From: a virus
Strand: one strand, 5' to 3'
DNA: 25,332 bases
UHGV virus genome: UHGV-0346448
Every line of letters begins with the position of its first letter. The first letter of the stretch is position 1. Positions 1 through 6,577 of this stretch are shown piece after piece. Under the pieces are notes generated by a model, which had not been told where the DNA came from, searched no databases, and saw only the letters and a program-made list of their open reading frames with translations. Both the position numbers and the translations under genes were made by a program.

Positions 1-117
1 AGATAACACTACATGATCATCAGGAATTAACGCTGTGTAGGTAATACCCCCATTCTCAACGCGCACAGCATAGAGGCCATCTTCACTAAAAATTTCACGT
101 AATTCTTCGATTTTCAT
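1..117 (-). CDS. Hypothetical protein, N-terminal part only (ORF continues past the window start)
   Basis: ATG at 117-115 preceded by AGGA-type RBS (rc of 118-135); open frame to position 1; N-terminus MKIEELREIFSEDGLYAVRVENGGITYTALIPDDHVVLS; no family recognised. Confidence 0.4.
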   Translation of the reverse strand, partial: MKIEELREIFSEDGLYAVRVENGGITYTALIPDDHVVLS

Positions 118-240
118 CTTCAGAATCCTTCCAGATAAATAGCTCTTCCCCTTCGGGGTCCATCCCTCTTCTCCCTGCGCGCTACTTAAGTATTTTTGAT
201 TCTATTCCGGCACCATCTAAAACTTCAAACGCGTTGAAAA

Positions 241-268
241 TAAAAACAAAAACCCGCCGAAGCGGGTT
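241..268 (-). terminator. Rho-independent terminator at the 3' end of the hok transcript
   Basis: Minus-strand stem ACCCGC/GCGGGT (252-257 / 262-267) with 4-nt loop, followed by a T-run (rc of 241-251). Confidence 0.6.
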
Positions 269-336
269 AAGTGCGGGTGCGTTGAGGATGCCTGACACAT
301 CAGAGGTGGCGAGGGATTTCTCCCCCGCCCGGTCTC

Positions 337-492
337 TTACTCCTCAGGTTCGTAAGCTGTGAAGACAGCGACCTCCGTCTGGCCGGTTCGGATTCGTACC
401 TCGCAGAGGTCTTTCCTCGTTACCAGTGCCGTCACAATGACGGTTAAACAGATGACGATCAGGGCGATTAGCATCGCCTTTTGCTGCTTCAT
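337..492 (-). CDS. hok: Hok/Gef-family type I toxin (51 aa small membrane toxin)
   Basis: Translation MKQQKAMLIALIVICLTVIVTALVTRKDLCEVRIRTGQTEVAVFTAYEPEE matches the Hok/Gef/RelF family as I remember it (single TM helix, conserved CEVRIRTGQTEVAVF core); ATG at 492-490. Confidence 0.9.
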   Translation of the reverse strand: MKQQKAMLIALIVICLTVIVTALVTRKDLCEVRIRTGQTEVAVFTAYEPEE

Positions 493-549
493 AGCCTGCT
501 TCTCCTTGCCTTTCGGCACGTAAGAGGCTAACCTACGTGTGTAGAGCAT
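337..549 (-). CDS. mok: Mok-like reading frame (in-frame N-terminal extension of hok, 70 codons)
   Basis: ORF in the track extends hok upstream by 19 codons (MLYTRRLASYVPKGKEKQA-), as in chromosomal mokC/hokC-type loci where mok is an in-frame extension of hok. Confidence 0.5.
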   Translation of the reverse strand: MLYTRRLASYVPKGKEKQAMKQQKAMLIALIVICLTVIVTALVTRKDLCEVRIRTGQTEVAVFTAYEPEE

Positions 550-665
550 AGATATGGCCTCAGATTAATGTTAAGCGTCTTGCCGGACGCGTAATGTTAA
601 CTGGGGCTTTTCTCTATCTGCCTTTTGGTGTTCATGCCTGAGACAGATAGCCTCAAGCACCCGCT
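540..665 (+). ncRNA. sok: Approximate location of a Sok-like antisense RNA, overlapping the hok mRNA leader and mok start
   Basis: Position inferred from hok/sok architecture only; hok mRNA 5' end motif GCGGGTGCTTGAGGCTATCTGTCTCAGG is the reverse complement of 638-665; Sok boundaries and promoter not resolved. Confidence 0.3.
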
Positions 666-782
666 GCAATTCTACTTAACTCTCCTTTTCCCGCAAACCG
701 TTTTTATCCCCAGCGGCAAATCGAATACACCACCAGCGCCACAGCCATTGCGATTCCTGCCGTTGTAAATGCCTCAGGCCAG

Positions 783-1127
783 TCATCGTAAAATATCCTC
801 CACGCTTATCAGTCCGTTCCGCTCCAGATAACTCATCGCCTTATCCGGTAATTTGCAGTCTGGCTTCGCTTTCCTCAGTTGCCAGGTTAACTGCTTTACC
901 AGCATGGTTAACTCATCGACCAGACGCTGATATCCCACTGGTTTGTATTCATGCAATTTACCGGCTGGCTCTGCTGCCAGCGATACCAGTGCGATTTCCA
1001 GAACAGCAATATCCATCTTATATGTGCGGATGATGTCATGGTCGATTGTGCCCGGTATGCACAGTCTCTGTGCTTCAATAGTCTCCTCTGCGTGAGCTAT
1101 TAACTGCTCTCTGGTAAAAGTCGTCAT
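783..1127 (-). CDS. Hypothetical phage early protein, member of a tandem MTT(F/I)T family
   Basis: 114-aa ORF; start ATGACGACTTTTACC overlaps the stop of the upstream small ORF (ATGA overlap); N-terminus [10 protein letters not shown] shared with two upstream genes. Confidence 0.6.
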   Translation of the reverse strand: MTTFTREQLIAHAEETIEAQRLCIPGTIDHDIIRTYKMDIAVLEIALVSLAAEPAGKLHEYKPVGYQRLVDELTMLVKQLTWQLRKAKPDCKLPDKAMSYLERNGLISVEDILR

Positions 1128-1291
1128 GCCGTAGCCCCTTCTTGATATTTTTCAAACCAGAACACAACCGGCTCTGCTTCCAGCGATGCCAGCGCAATCC
1201 GTGCCAGTTCCATTTGTTCACCACGGGTAAGCCCGTTTTCAAGCGGATTTTTAATGAACAATTCAATACGTTCTTTGGTAATAGTGGTCAT
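1124..1291 (-). CDS. Small hypothetical protein (55 aa), MTT(F/I)T family
   Basis: Below the ORF-track length cutoff; ATG at 1291-1289 with GGAG RBS; translation [55 protein letters not shown]; stop overlaps the next start. Confidence 0.45.
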   Translation of the reverse strand: MTTITKERIELFIKNPLENGLTRGEQMELARIALASLEAEPVVFWFEKYQEGATA

Positions 1292-1301
1292 GTGTTACTC
1301 C

Positions 1302-1564
1302 TTAACCCGCAGTGCTTTCAACTGATGAGGGGAACAAAATCTTTTCATCAAACCCTGCATTCATATCATGAACAGCAACACACCAATCCATCGACGAACG
1401 ATTATCAAGAGTCTCCATGATTTCATCCATGCGGCGCAGGTCATACAGGTAAATGCTTTTATCGCCAATGGTGTAAAAACCAATTTTTTTCGGTGATGGG
1501 CAGCGATCAAGAACGTCCTGTAATTCGTTCAACCATGCCCGTTCTTTTTTTGTTAAAGTTGCCA
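1302..1564 (-). CDS. Hypothetical phage protein (87 aa)
   Basis: Internal ATG at 1564-1562 preceded by GGAGAG RBS; the track ORF 1302..1622 has an unsupported N-terminal extension; product MATLTKKERAWLNELQDVLDRCPSP... Confidence 0.55.
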
Positions 1565-1566
1565 TA

Positions 1567-1920
1567 TCACTCTCCTTTCCCATTAAGCATGGCGGCGCGG
1601 CAGGCGTTCCAGCCTTCATCAAAGCCGACTATGCCATTATTTAAAGACGGACGAGCATCTGGCACCACCGGCACTGGCTTGGCTATATATAGCGGCTGAA
1701 CATACCAGCCCTTTGATAACCAACTGTCAGCAATGTTTTTACTCCTCGTTATTGCCGGAATACCTAAGCCATTTTCTGAATGCAGCCATGCCACCGGCTC
1801 CTCTTCTAGCGATGCCAGAGCAATTTCATAAGCACGGCGCTCAATATCGTCTCGAACCTCTAGGCTGCTGATTCGTTCTTTGATTTCTTTAATCAGTTCT
1901 TTATTGGTAAATGTGGTCAT
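1567..1920 (-). CDS. Hypothetical phage protein (117 aa), MTT(F/I)T family
   Basis: ATG at 1920-1918 overlapping the upstream stop (TAATG); N-terminus MTTFTNKELIKEIKERI...ALASLEEEPVAW parallels the 55-aa and 114-aa paralogs. Confidence 0.65.
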   Translation of the reverse strand: MTTFTNKELIKEIKERISSLEVRDDIERRAYEIALASLEEEPVAWLHSENGLGIPAITRSKNIADSWLSKGWYVQPLYIAKPVPVVPDARPSLNNGIVGFDEGWNACRAAMLNGKGE

Positions 1921-2282
1921 TATGCTCCAGCCTCCGGCGCTTTTGGCATTACTGCCCAGTGAGTGATATTGAAGTTTTCAAGGTCCCCGACCTGAAATGT
2001 CCACTGCCATTCTCCGGTTTCTTTTTGTCCCCAGGTGTACCAGAGAGAACGCCAGCCAATCAGCCAGCCTTCTCCGTTAGCATCAAATAACAGAACACTT
2101 TCATTTGCTGGTGGCAGTTCAGCTGACACTGGTATTATTTTGTTTTCCAGTGCCGCACATTTAGCTTCAAGCGCGTCGAATTTACGTACCAGGTACTCAG
2201 CATTTGTTTCGTTCACTTTCAGATCTCGCGGTACACATTTCCCGCGAAGAAACCCTTCCATTTCGAAAACATTCATGCGCAT
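1920..2282 (-). CDS. YfdS-like hypothetical protein (120 aa); Trp-rich C-terminus reminiscent of DUF551
   Basis: ORF with GGAG RBS 8 nt upstream of ATG 2282; same size and position as yfdS downstream of yfdR; C-terminal ...WQWTF...THWAVMPKAPE resembles the DUF551 motif from memory (unverified). Confidence 0.6.
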   Translation of the reverse strand: MRMNVFEMEGFLRGKCVPRDLKVNETNAEYLVRKFDALEAKCAALENKIIPVSAELPPANESVLLFDANGEGWLIGWRSLWYTWGQKETGEWQWTFQVGDLENFNITHWAVMPKAPEAGA

Positions 2283-2809
2283 TTGCGTAACTCCGATAAC
2301 TCGTTAAAACGTTCCATAAACATCCCGTAGGCATGGCTAGGTGCCAGTGGAATCACGTTGAACATCTCTGTTGCCGGGATGCCTTCCAGTACAGGCCAGA
2401 AAGAGCCATCATCAAGCCCGAGATCGCGGCGTTCGGTTGCCAGCATGATAAGATCGGCATATTTCACGGGCGTACTCATAACTGGGGGTAACCCGTATTT
2501 CTCACGGATTACGGCGTCAATTTTTTCTTCCATCCGTTTATAGTCAGGAAGAAGGCGTTTCAGTGGAGCGGGAATATCCTGGCAATACGCTTCTGTTGCA
2601 TCATGCATTAACGCTTCAAAAGCAAATTCCTGCGGCACCAGCTGGCTGCAAAGCACCGCATGTTGGGCGACACTGTAGAAGTGAGAAAGATGACCGGCAA
2701 AGCGGCAGATATTTGAAAGGGAAACCGCGATATCGTTAATCACGATGTCGTCTTTATTTATCTTGTCATAATAAAAATGCTTCCCGGAAAAAGTTTTAAT
2801 AAATGACAT
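2273..2809 (-). CDS. yfdR: YfdR-like HD-domain phosphohydrolase (178 aa)
   Basis: Translation from the internal Met (MSFIKTFSGKHFYYDKINKDDIV...) matches my memory of E. coli CPS-53 YfdR; GGAGAA RBS 5 nt upstream of ATG 2809; His/Asp-rich HD-type residues (HFYSVAQHA, HDATE). Confidence 0.8.
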   Translation of the reverse strand: MSFIKTFSGKHFYYDKINKDDIVINDIAVSLSNICRFAGHLSHFYSVAQHAVLCSQLVPQEFAFEALMHDATEAYCQDIPAPLKRLLPDYKRMEEKIDAVIREKYGLPPVMSTPVKYADLIMLATERRDLGLDDGSFWPVLEGIPATEMFNVIPLAPSHAYGMFMERFNELSELRKCA

Positions 2810-2936
2810 TTTGTTCTCCACGTATATGCGCTGCACCGCGCTGAGTTTGGGTAAAAGGAAGCCCTCACCATCCGGTGATTATTGAGTTAATTACGTTTCC
2901 ATAAATGCCCCCGCAGGGGCATTTGCAGTAATGAAA

Positions 2937-3761
2937 TCAGGCGGTGAAAGTACCAATAAAGGTTTCTACTTTGCTGTCTTTGAATTTCTCAACAAGCAGA
3001 TCACGAAATTCGTTAGCCATATCTTCCTGCACCGCTTCCAGCTGAATAATGCGCAGAACCAGTACAGGACGATCGCCAGTGATAATGCTGAGGCGTAATT
3101 TAAACGGACGTTCTTTCAGACCTTCAAACGGAACGCATTTAAATTCAAATGCCACTGGCATAATGTCTTTGGTCTTCGCTTCGACAGATTCCATCAGGGA
3201 GCGTTTGCCGCTGAAGTCATTATCTTCAAAACCAGCGGTCTGGTTTGCTTCAATCGTGATTTTACGGACTGCCGCAGCCGCTTTTGTTGCCTGAATAGCG
3301 TCACCATTAGCATCAAAGCCCACAAGGTAGTCGGCCCAGTCTTCAATCCATTCTGCCAGTGACTTCTGGGAGTTACGCTCGTCGTTAACAGACAGCAGGG
3401 CAGAGAACGGTGCTGTCTTTTTCAGTTTGAGAGTGGCGGTGTTATCTGCGTGACCTGGTTCATCAATAGTACCCAGGTTAAGTACACTGACGGCACGCAT
3501 ATTATCAGCATCGATAAAGCAGCGGGTGCCTTCATCTGCAAGATCTTTAGAATAACGGGTAAAGTCATCGATGCTGGCAGTGGAAAGCGCACCACGGAAA
3601 CGGAAGCGATTTAAATTAAATTTTTCCAGATCATGAATGCGGAAATTCTCAGGCAATGCCACAGCATCGGCACCAATCTTACTGATAATTTCATTAACAC
3701 CCTGAGCAGAAATAAGGGCATGGATTTGATTAATTGCGGTTGCGTCTAAGTTCTGAGACAT
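2937..3761 (-). CDS. yfdQ: YfdQ-like protein (DUF2303 family, 274 aa)
   Basis: 274-aa ORF with GAGGA RBS; N-terminus [14 protein letters not shown] and length match my memory of CPS-53 YfdQ; sits immediately upstream of the yfdR-like gene. Confidence 0.8.
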   Translation of the reverse strand: MSQNLDATAINQIHALISAQGVNEIISKIGADAVALPENFRIHDLEKFNLNRFRFRGALSTASIDDFTRYSKDLADEGTRCFIDADNMRAVSVLNLGTIDEPGHADNTATLKLKKTAPFSALLSVNDERNSQKSLAEWIEDWADYLVGFDANGDAIQATKAAAAVRKITIEANQTAGFEDNDFSGKRSLMESVEAKTKDIMPVAFEFKCVPFEGLKERPFKLRLSIITGDRPVLVLRIIQLEAVQEDMANEFRDLLVEKFKDSKVETFIGTFTA

Positions 3762-3826
3762 AATAAGTCCTCACTATATAAAGATATTCAGTGATGAGAT
3801 AAATAATCAGTTAATTAAGAACGATA

Positions 3827-4188
3827 TTAATGACCTGCTGCGCGGAGTTTTCCGTCAGGTTCACCGGCAAGAGTCAGTAATTGTCCCTGGTCTTCCTGCA
3901 GAATAGTCAGGCGACCACCGCGATTGACATACATCGGCGTTTCGGTGGTGTCTTCTTCGGAAATTTTCCCGCGGTTAGTCGGGCGAACATATGATAGTTT
4001 GTGTTTGATTTTCACACGGTTCTCATCAAATGGTTCGATTTCCAGGTTGAGTGAGACCTTACCTTTGGTTTTCGTGTTCATCACACCGGAAGCGACTTCA
4101 CTGAGAACTGCGCCGATTTTGGTTTCAAATACGCCGCCGTCCAGCTCCCCGATAAATGCCTGCACATCAGTACTGCGTTCGCTAGCCA
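3827..4188 (-). CDS. yfdP: YfdP-like protein (120 aa)
   Basis: Internal ATG at 4188-4186 with GAGGAGC RBS; product MASERSTDVQAFIGELDGG...; the 226-aa track ORF 3827..4507 has a low-complexity, unsupported N-terminal extension. Confidence 0.7.
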
Positions 4189-4238
4189 TTTTGCTGCTCC
4201 TCATCATATCGACCCTGCAAGGTCGGTTGGTTTCTCCA

Positions 4239-4375
4239 CAAAACAGAGAAGAACACCTGCGGTGGCAGCCGCTCGGATGGATTGGGTTATGAGCCCGTCG
4301 TCCGGTGATGCTCTTCTCTGTTTTGTAAAAAGAGCGGTACCAGCCGGAAGCAAGTGTACAAACTGGTACCGCCAG
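4239..4375 (-). promoter_or_regulatory. Structured leader upstream of yfdP: boxA-like CGCTCTTTTTA followed by two long perfect inverted repeats (candidate nut/put-like element)
   Basis: Minus-strand CGCTCTTTTTA (rc of 4326-4336); 14-bp inverted repeat 4239-4252 / 4312-4325 with about 60-nt spacer; 10-bp inverted repeat GCGGTACCAG 4334-4343 / 4363-4372. Confidence 0.3.
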
Positions 4376-4657
4376 GACTACACACAGCATAAAGTTGTGG
4401 TGCCGGGTGCCTCCCGGTGCCTGGCGAAGGTTGCACACCAGACGGGTGGGTATCCACAGAAGGTCGACTGTCAGCCTCAACCTTAACCCGCGTGCGCTGA
4501 GCCGCATTCACCACAACGCTAAGGATTCTCTTTGGTTGAAAATACTTAGCTGTTATGTGCCTGCTTTTAGCCACATCAGGCGAGGTGGACCTGGTTATTC
4601 CCCAACAACAAGGATTTGGTTATTATGTAACCCTCCCCAACAACGATAAGGATTTAT

Positions 4658-4747
4658 ATGGATCTATGTGTAGATAAGTATGAGGAGAGGCATGTGCCGT
4701 TAAGACAAAAGCCTCCAGTTCCTCCAAAACCACCCAAGGAAAACTGA
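4658..4747 (+). CDS. Proline-rich micro-ORF P0 (29 aa) immediately upstream of the membrane-protein gene
   Basis: AAGGA RBS 6 nt before ATG 4658; translation MDLCVDKYEERHVPLRQKPPVPPKPPKEN; stop 7 nt before the 4755 start; tail resembles two further micro-ORFs downstream. Confidence 0.3.
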   Translation: MDLCVDKYEERHVPLRQKPPVPPKPPKEN

Positions 4748-4754
4748 GACTAAT

Positions 4755-5249
4755 ATGACCAGAGACGATTATAAATTTTATATTCACTACTCTTATGTAT
4801 TGGAGAAGATGAATTACACGTTGTTAACTCGCATTGATAAATTAATAACGTTGATGTTAATCGTTCTCGGTTTTTCAGTTTTCGCCCCGTACAGTAATTT
4901 ATTTATTTTTGGTTTGTTTGTTGCCGTACTTTCGGTTCTTCAGTTGGTCTATCAGTTCGGCCAGGAGGCTGGGATGTCTAAAGAACAAGCGAGACATTAC
5001 AAAAGACTGCTGATTGAGTCTGATACTCTTTCTGAAGATCAGTTGCAAGCTAGGTATTTAAAAATCCAAGATACTGATAGTAATCCATGGAAATCACTTG
5101 AACGAGCGGCTTTCATTCGGGCCTGTATTTTTGCTGGTGTTCCAACTAAGTACGATTTAACAACCAAAGAAAAATTTATAGCTTGGTGTGCGGGAGATCT
5201 ACCTCTAGAGAATGAACTAACGGATATTAATGATGAGCAACAAGCATAA
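4755..5249 (+). CDS. AT-rich moron: small membrane protein with two N-terminal TM helices and a charged C-terminal domain (possible superinfection-exclusion or abortive-infection function)
   Basis: 164-aa ORF; hydrophobic stretches LITLMLIVLGFSVFAPY and LFIFGLFVAVLSVLQLVYQF; visibly AT-rich relative to neighbours; convergent to the P_L-like promoter; own terminator downstream. Confidence 0.7.
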   Translation: MTRDDYKFYIHYSYVLEKMNYTLLTRIDKLITLMLIVLGFSVFAPYSNLFIFGLFVAVLSVLQLVYQFGQEAGMSKEQARHYKRLLIESDTLSEDQLQARYLKIQDTDSNPWKSLERAAFIRACIFAGVPTKYDLTTKEKFIAWCAGDLPLENELTDINDEQQA

Positions 5250-5304
5250 TCCAGTTCACGGACATGTACCTCCGAAGCCGAAACCACCGAAACCGAAGAA
5301 ATGA
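5230..5304 (+). CDS. Proline-rich micro-ORF P1 (24 aa), overlapping the 3' end of the membrane-protein gene
   Basis: ATG 5230 in a different frame from the 164-aa gene; translation MMSNKHNPVHGHVPPKPKPPKPKK; C-terminal tail conserved with P2 at protein level despite divergent codons. Confidence 0.3.
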   Translation: MMSNKHNPVHGHVPPKPKPPKPKK

Positions 5305-5323
5305 GACATAATAGGATTGGATA

Positions 5324-5392
5324 ATGAGCCGACCAATAGAGCCTTTTCATATTCCTCCTCGTCCCAGGCCACCAGGTCCAGGCCCAAAGTGA
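5324..5392 (+). CDS. Proline-rich micro-ORF P2 (22 aa)
   Basis: AGGAT RBS 7 nt before ATG 5324; translation MSRPIEPFHIPPRPRPPGPGPK; followed by a terminator. Confidence 0.35.
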   Translation: MSRPIEPFHIPPRPRPPGPGPK

Positions 5393-5413
5393 GGGTTACT
5401 GATTTTTAAAGAG

Positions 5414-5440
5414 CAAAGCGTCCTGTAGGGCGCTTTTTTG
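5414..5440 (+). terminator. Rho-independent terminator closing the moron cassette
   Basis: Imperfect GC stem AAGCGTCC/GGGCGCTT followed by TTTTTT (5434-5439). Confidence 0.5.
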
Positions 5441-5524
5441 TTGCTAACGAATCATCCGGTCATTCATACGCCACCGGCGGCTACTTCGTGGGCGTCCTGC
5501 CTGTTCGTTACTGCAACATCTTTA

Positions 5525-5565
5525 AGTTGTAATCTAGTTGTTGTTTTGGTTGTTGTCAACAACTT
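5525..5565 (-). promoter_or_regulatory. P_L-like early-left promoter with overlapping operator palindrome (O_L)
   Basis: Minus-strand -35 TTGACA (rc of 5554-5559), 17-bp spacer, -10 TAGATT (rc of 5531-5536); 15-bp perfect palindrome GTTGTTGTCAACAAC at 5549-5563 overlaps the -35; half-site CAACAACTTTA recurs at O_R. Confidence 0.5.
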
Positions 5566-5753
5566 TATGTGGTTTTGACGGATGTGAAATGAGGGCAAGG
5601 GTTATCAAAAAAGGAGGTTGTATGGACGATGCGCTTTTAATTACACAAGGGACACTTTCCTTCCGTGATTGGAAACTCTCAAATCACGGGAGGAAGATTG
5701 AAAAGGCGGGTAATAATGGTAACTAAATTTCTGAAGGAAGGTTTTTTGATGCA

Positions 5754-6440
5754 TTACCAAGTGCGCGATGACCAGAATACTCTACCTATAACGTGAATTC
5801 TGGAACGCCTATCTTCGAAGGTGAGAATTTCATCTGGATACTCATCTTTATTGAAACTTCTTAGAATCAGACCACCGTCAGGTAAATTGATCAATATTTT
5901 AACTCTAAGTAATACGCCATCACGTATGGCATAAAGATCCCCATCACGAATAGGAACCGTTTGGGAAACATCAACAGCAACAAAATCTCCATTGTTAAGT
6001 ACAGGTAGTAAACTATTGCCCCAAATTTTTACGATCTTTGCATTGGAGACACATACACCAGCTTTTCTTAAATCAATCCTTCTTAGCGGGAACCAGTCTA
6101 CAGTTGATTCAACTATTTCAGCCAAACATCCATTACCCGCTGATAACTCGACATCTAGGACTGGAATGTTTGCAAAAATGTCAGGATCTAATGCTGTACT
6201 TTCAGCCTCCTTTACAACAAGGTCTGGGAAAGACGCGTTATCCTCAATGCCCAATTGCAACCACTTTTGAGAAACCCCTAACACTTTAGCAATCTCTTTA
6301 ATTTTCCGAGGCTGTTGAGTTTCTCCATTCTCGATTTTCGCTACGGATTGTTGTGAAAGCCCAATTTTTTCAGCTAGTTGCGCCTGACTCATTCCTGCTT
6401 TTTCTCTTTCGCTTTTTAGTCTTTCTGCCAATGTTTTCAC
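5754..6440 (-). CDS. cI: CI-like prophage repressor (XRE-type HTH plus S24/LexA-like autopeptidase domain)
   Basis: N-terminal HTH (MSQAQLAEKIGLSQQSVAKIENGE); Ala-Gly cleavage-site context (ELSAGNG); C-terminal S24-like region; GTG start with GAGGGGG RBS; divergent from a Cro-like gene. Confidence 0.9.
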   Translation of the reverse strand: MKTLAERLKSEREKAGMSQAQLAEKIGLSQQSVAKIENGETQQPRKIKEIAKVLGVSQKWLQLGIEDNASFPDLVVKEAESTALDPDIFANIPVLDVELSAGNGCLAEIVESTVDWFPLRRIDLRKAGVCVSNAKIVKIWGNSLLPVLNNGDFVAVDVSQTVPIRDGDLYAIRDGVLLRVKILINLPDGGLILRSFNKDEYPDEILTFEDRRSRIHVIGRVFWSSRTW

Positions 6441-6577
6441 AACATATCCCCCTCGTTTTTATTGAGGTTACAACTTTATGTTTTAGCTTTCCAACATCTA
6501 AAAGTTGTGATAAAAGTTGTTGTAGTTGTATAATCGAAGTTATCAACAACTTTACTACTTACAGATAGGAGAAAGCT
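6441..6577. promoter_or_regulatory. O_R operator / P_R-P_RM divergent promoter region
   Basis: Plus-strand -35 TTGTGA (6505-6510), 18-bp spacer, perfect -10 TATAAT (6529-6534); repeated half-sites ACAACTTT / AAAGTTGT (6470-6481, 6500-6520, 6544-6554) matching the O_L motif. Confidence 0.6.

Noticed and set aside
3827-4507. 226-aa minus-strand ORF from the track
   Set aside because: Only the C-terminal 120 codons (from ATG 4188, with GAGGAGC RBS) look like a real protein (YfdP-like). The N-terminal extension is low-complexity and overlaps the structured non-coding leader with its inverted repeats.
4287-4574. 95-aa minus-strand ORF with a basic N-terminus, considered as a possible N-like antiterminator
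   Set aside because: It starts at GTG without an RBS, its C-terminal half is Pro/Gly/Ser-rich, and it runs through the boxA-like motif and inverted repeats. The arginine-rich stretch is not a convincing ARM. Left as non-coding, though an unusual N analogue cannot be fully excluded.
5039-5350. 103-aa minus-strand ORF antisense to the 164-aa membrane-protein gene, preceded by GAGGAGG
   Set aside because: The Ser-rich, low-complexity translation looks far less protein-like than the plus-strand gene; SD-to-ATG spacing is only 3 nt; and the GGAGG is the complement of the proline codons of micro-ORF P2.
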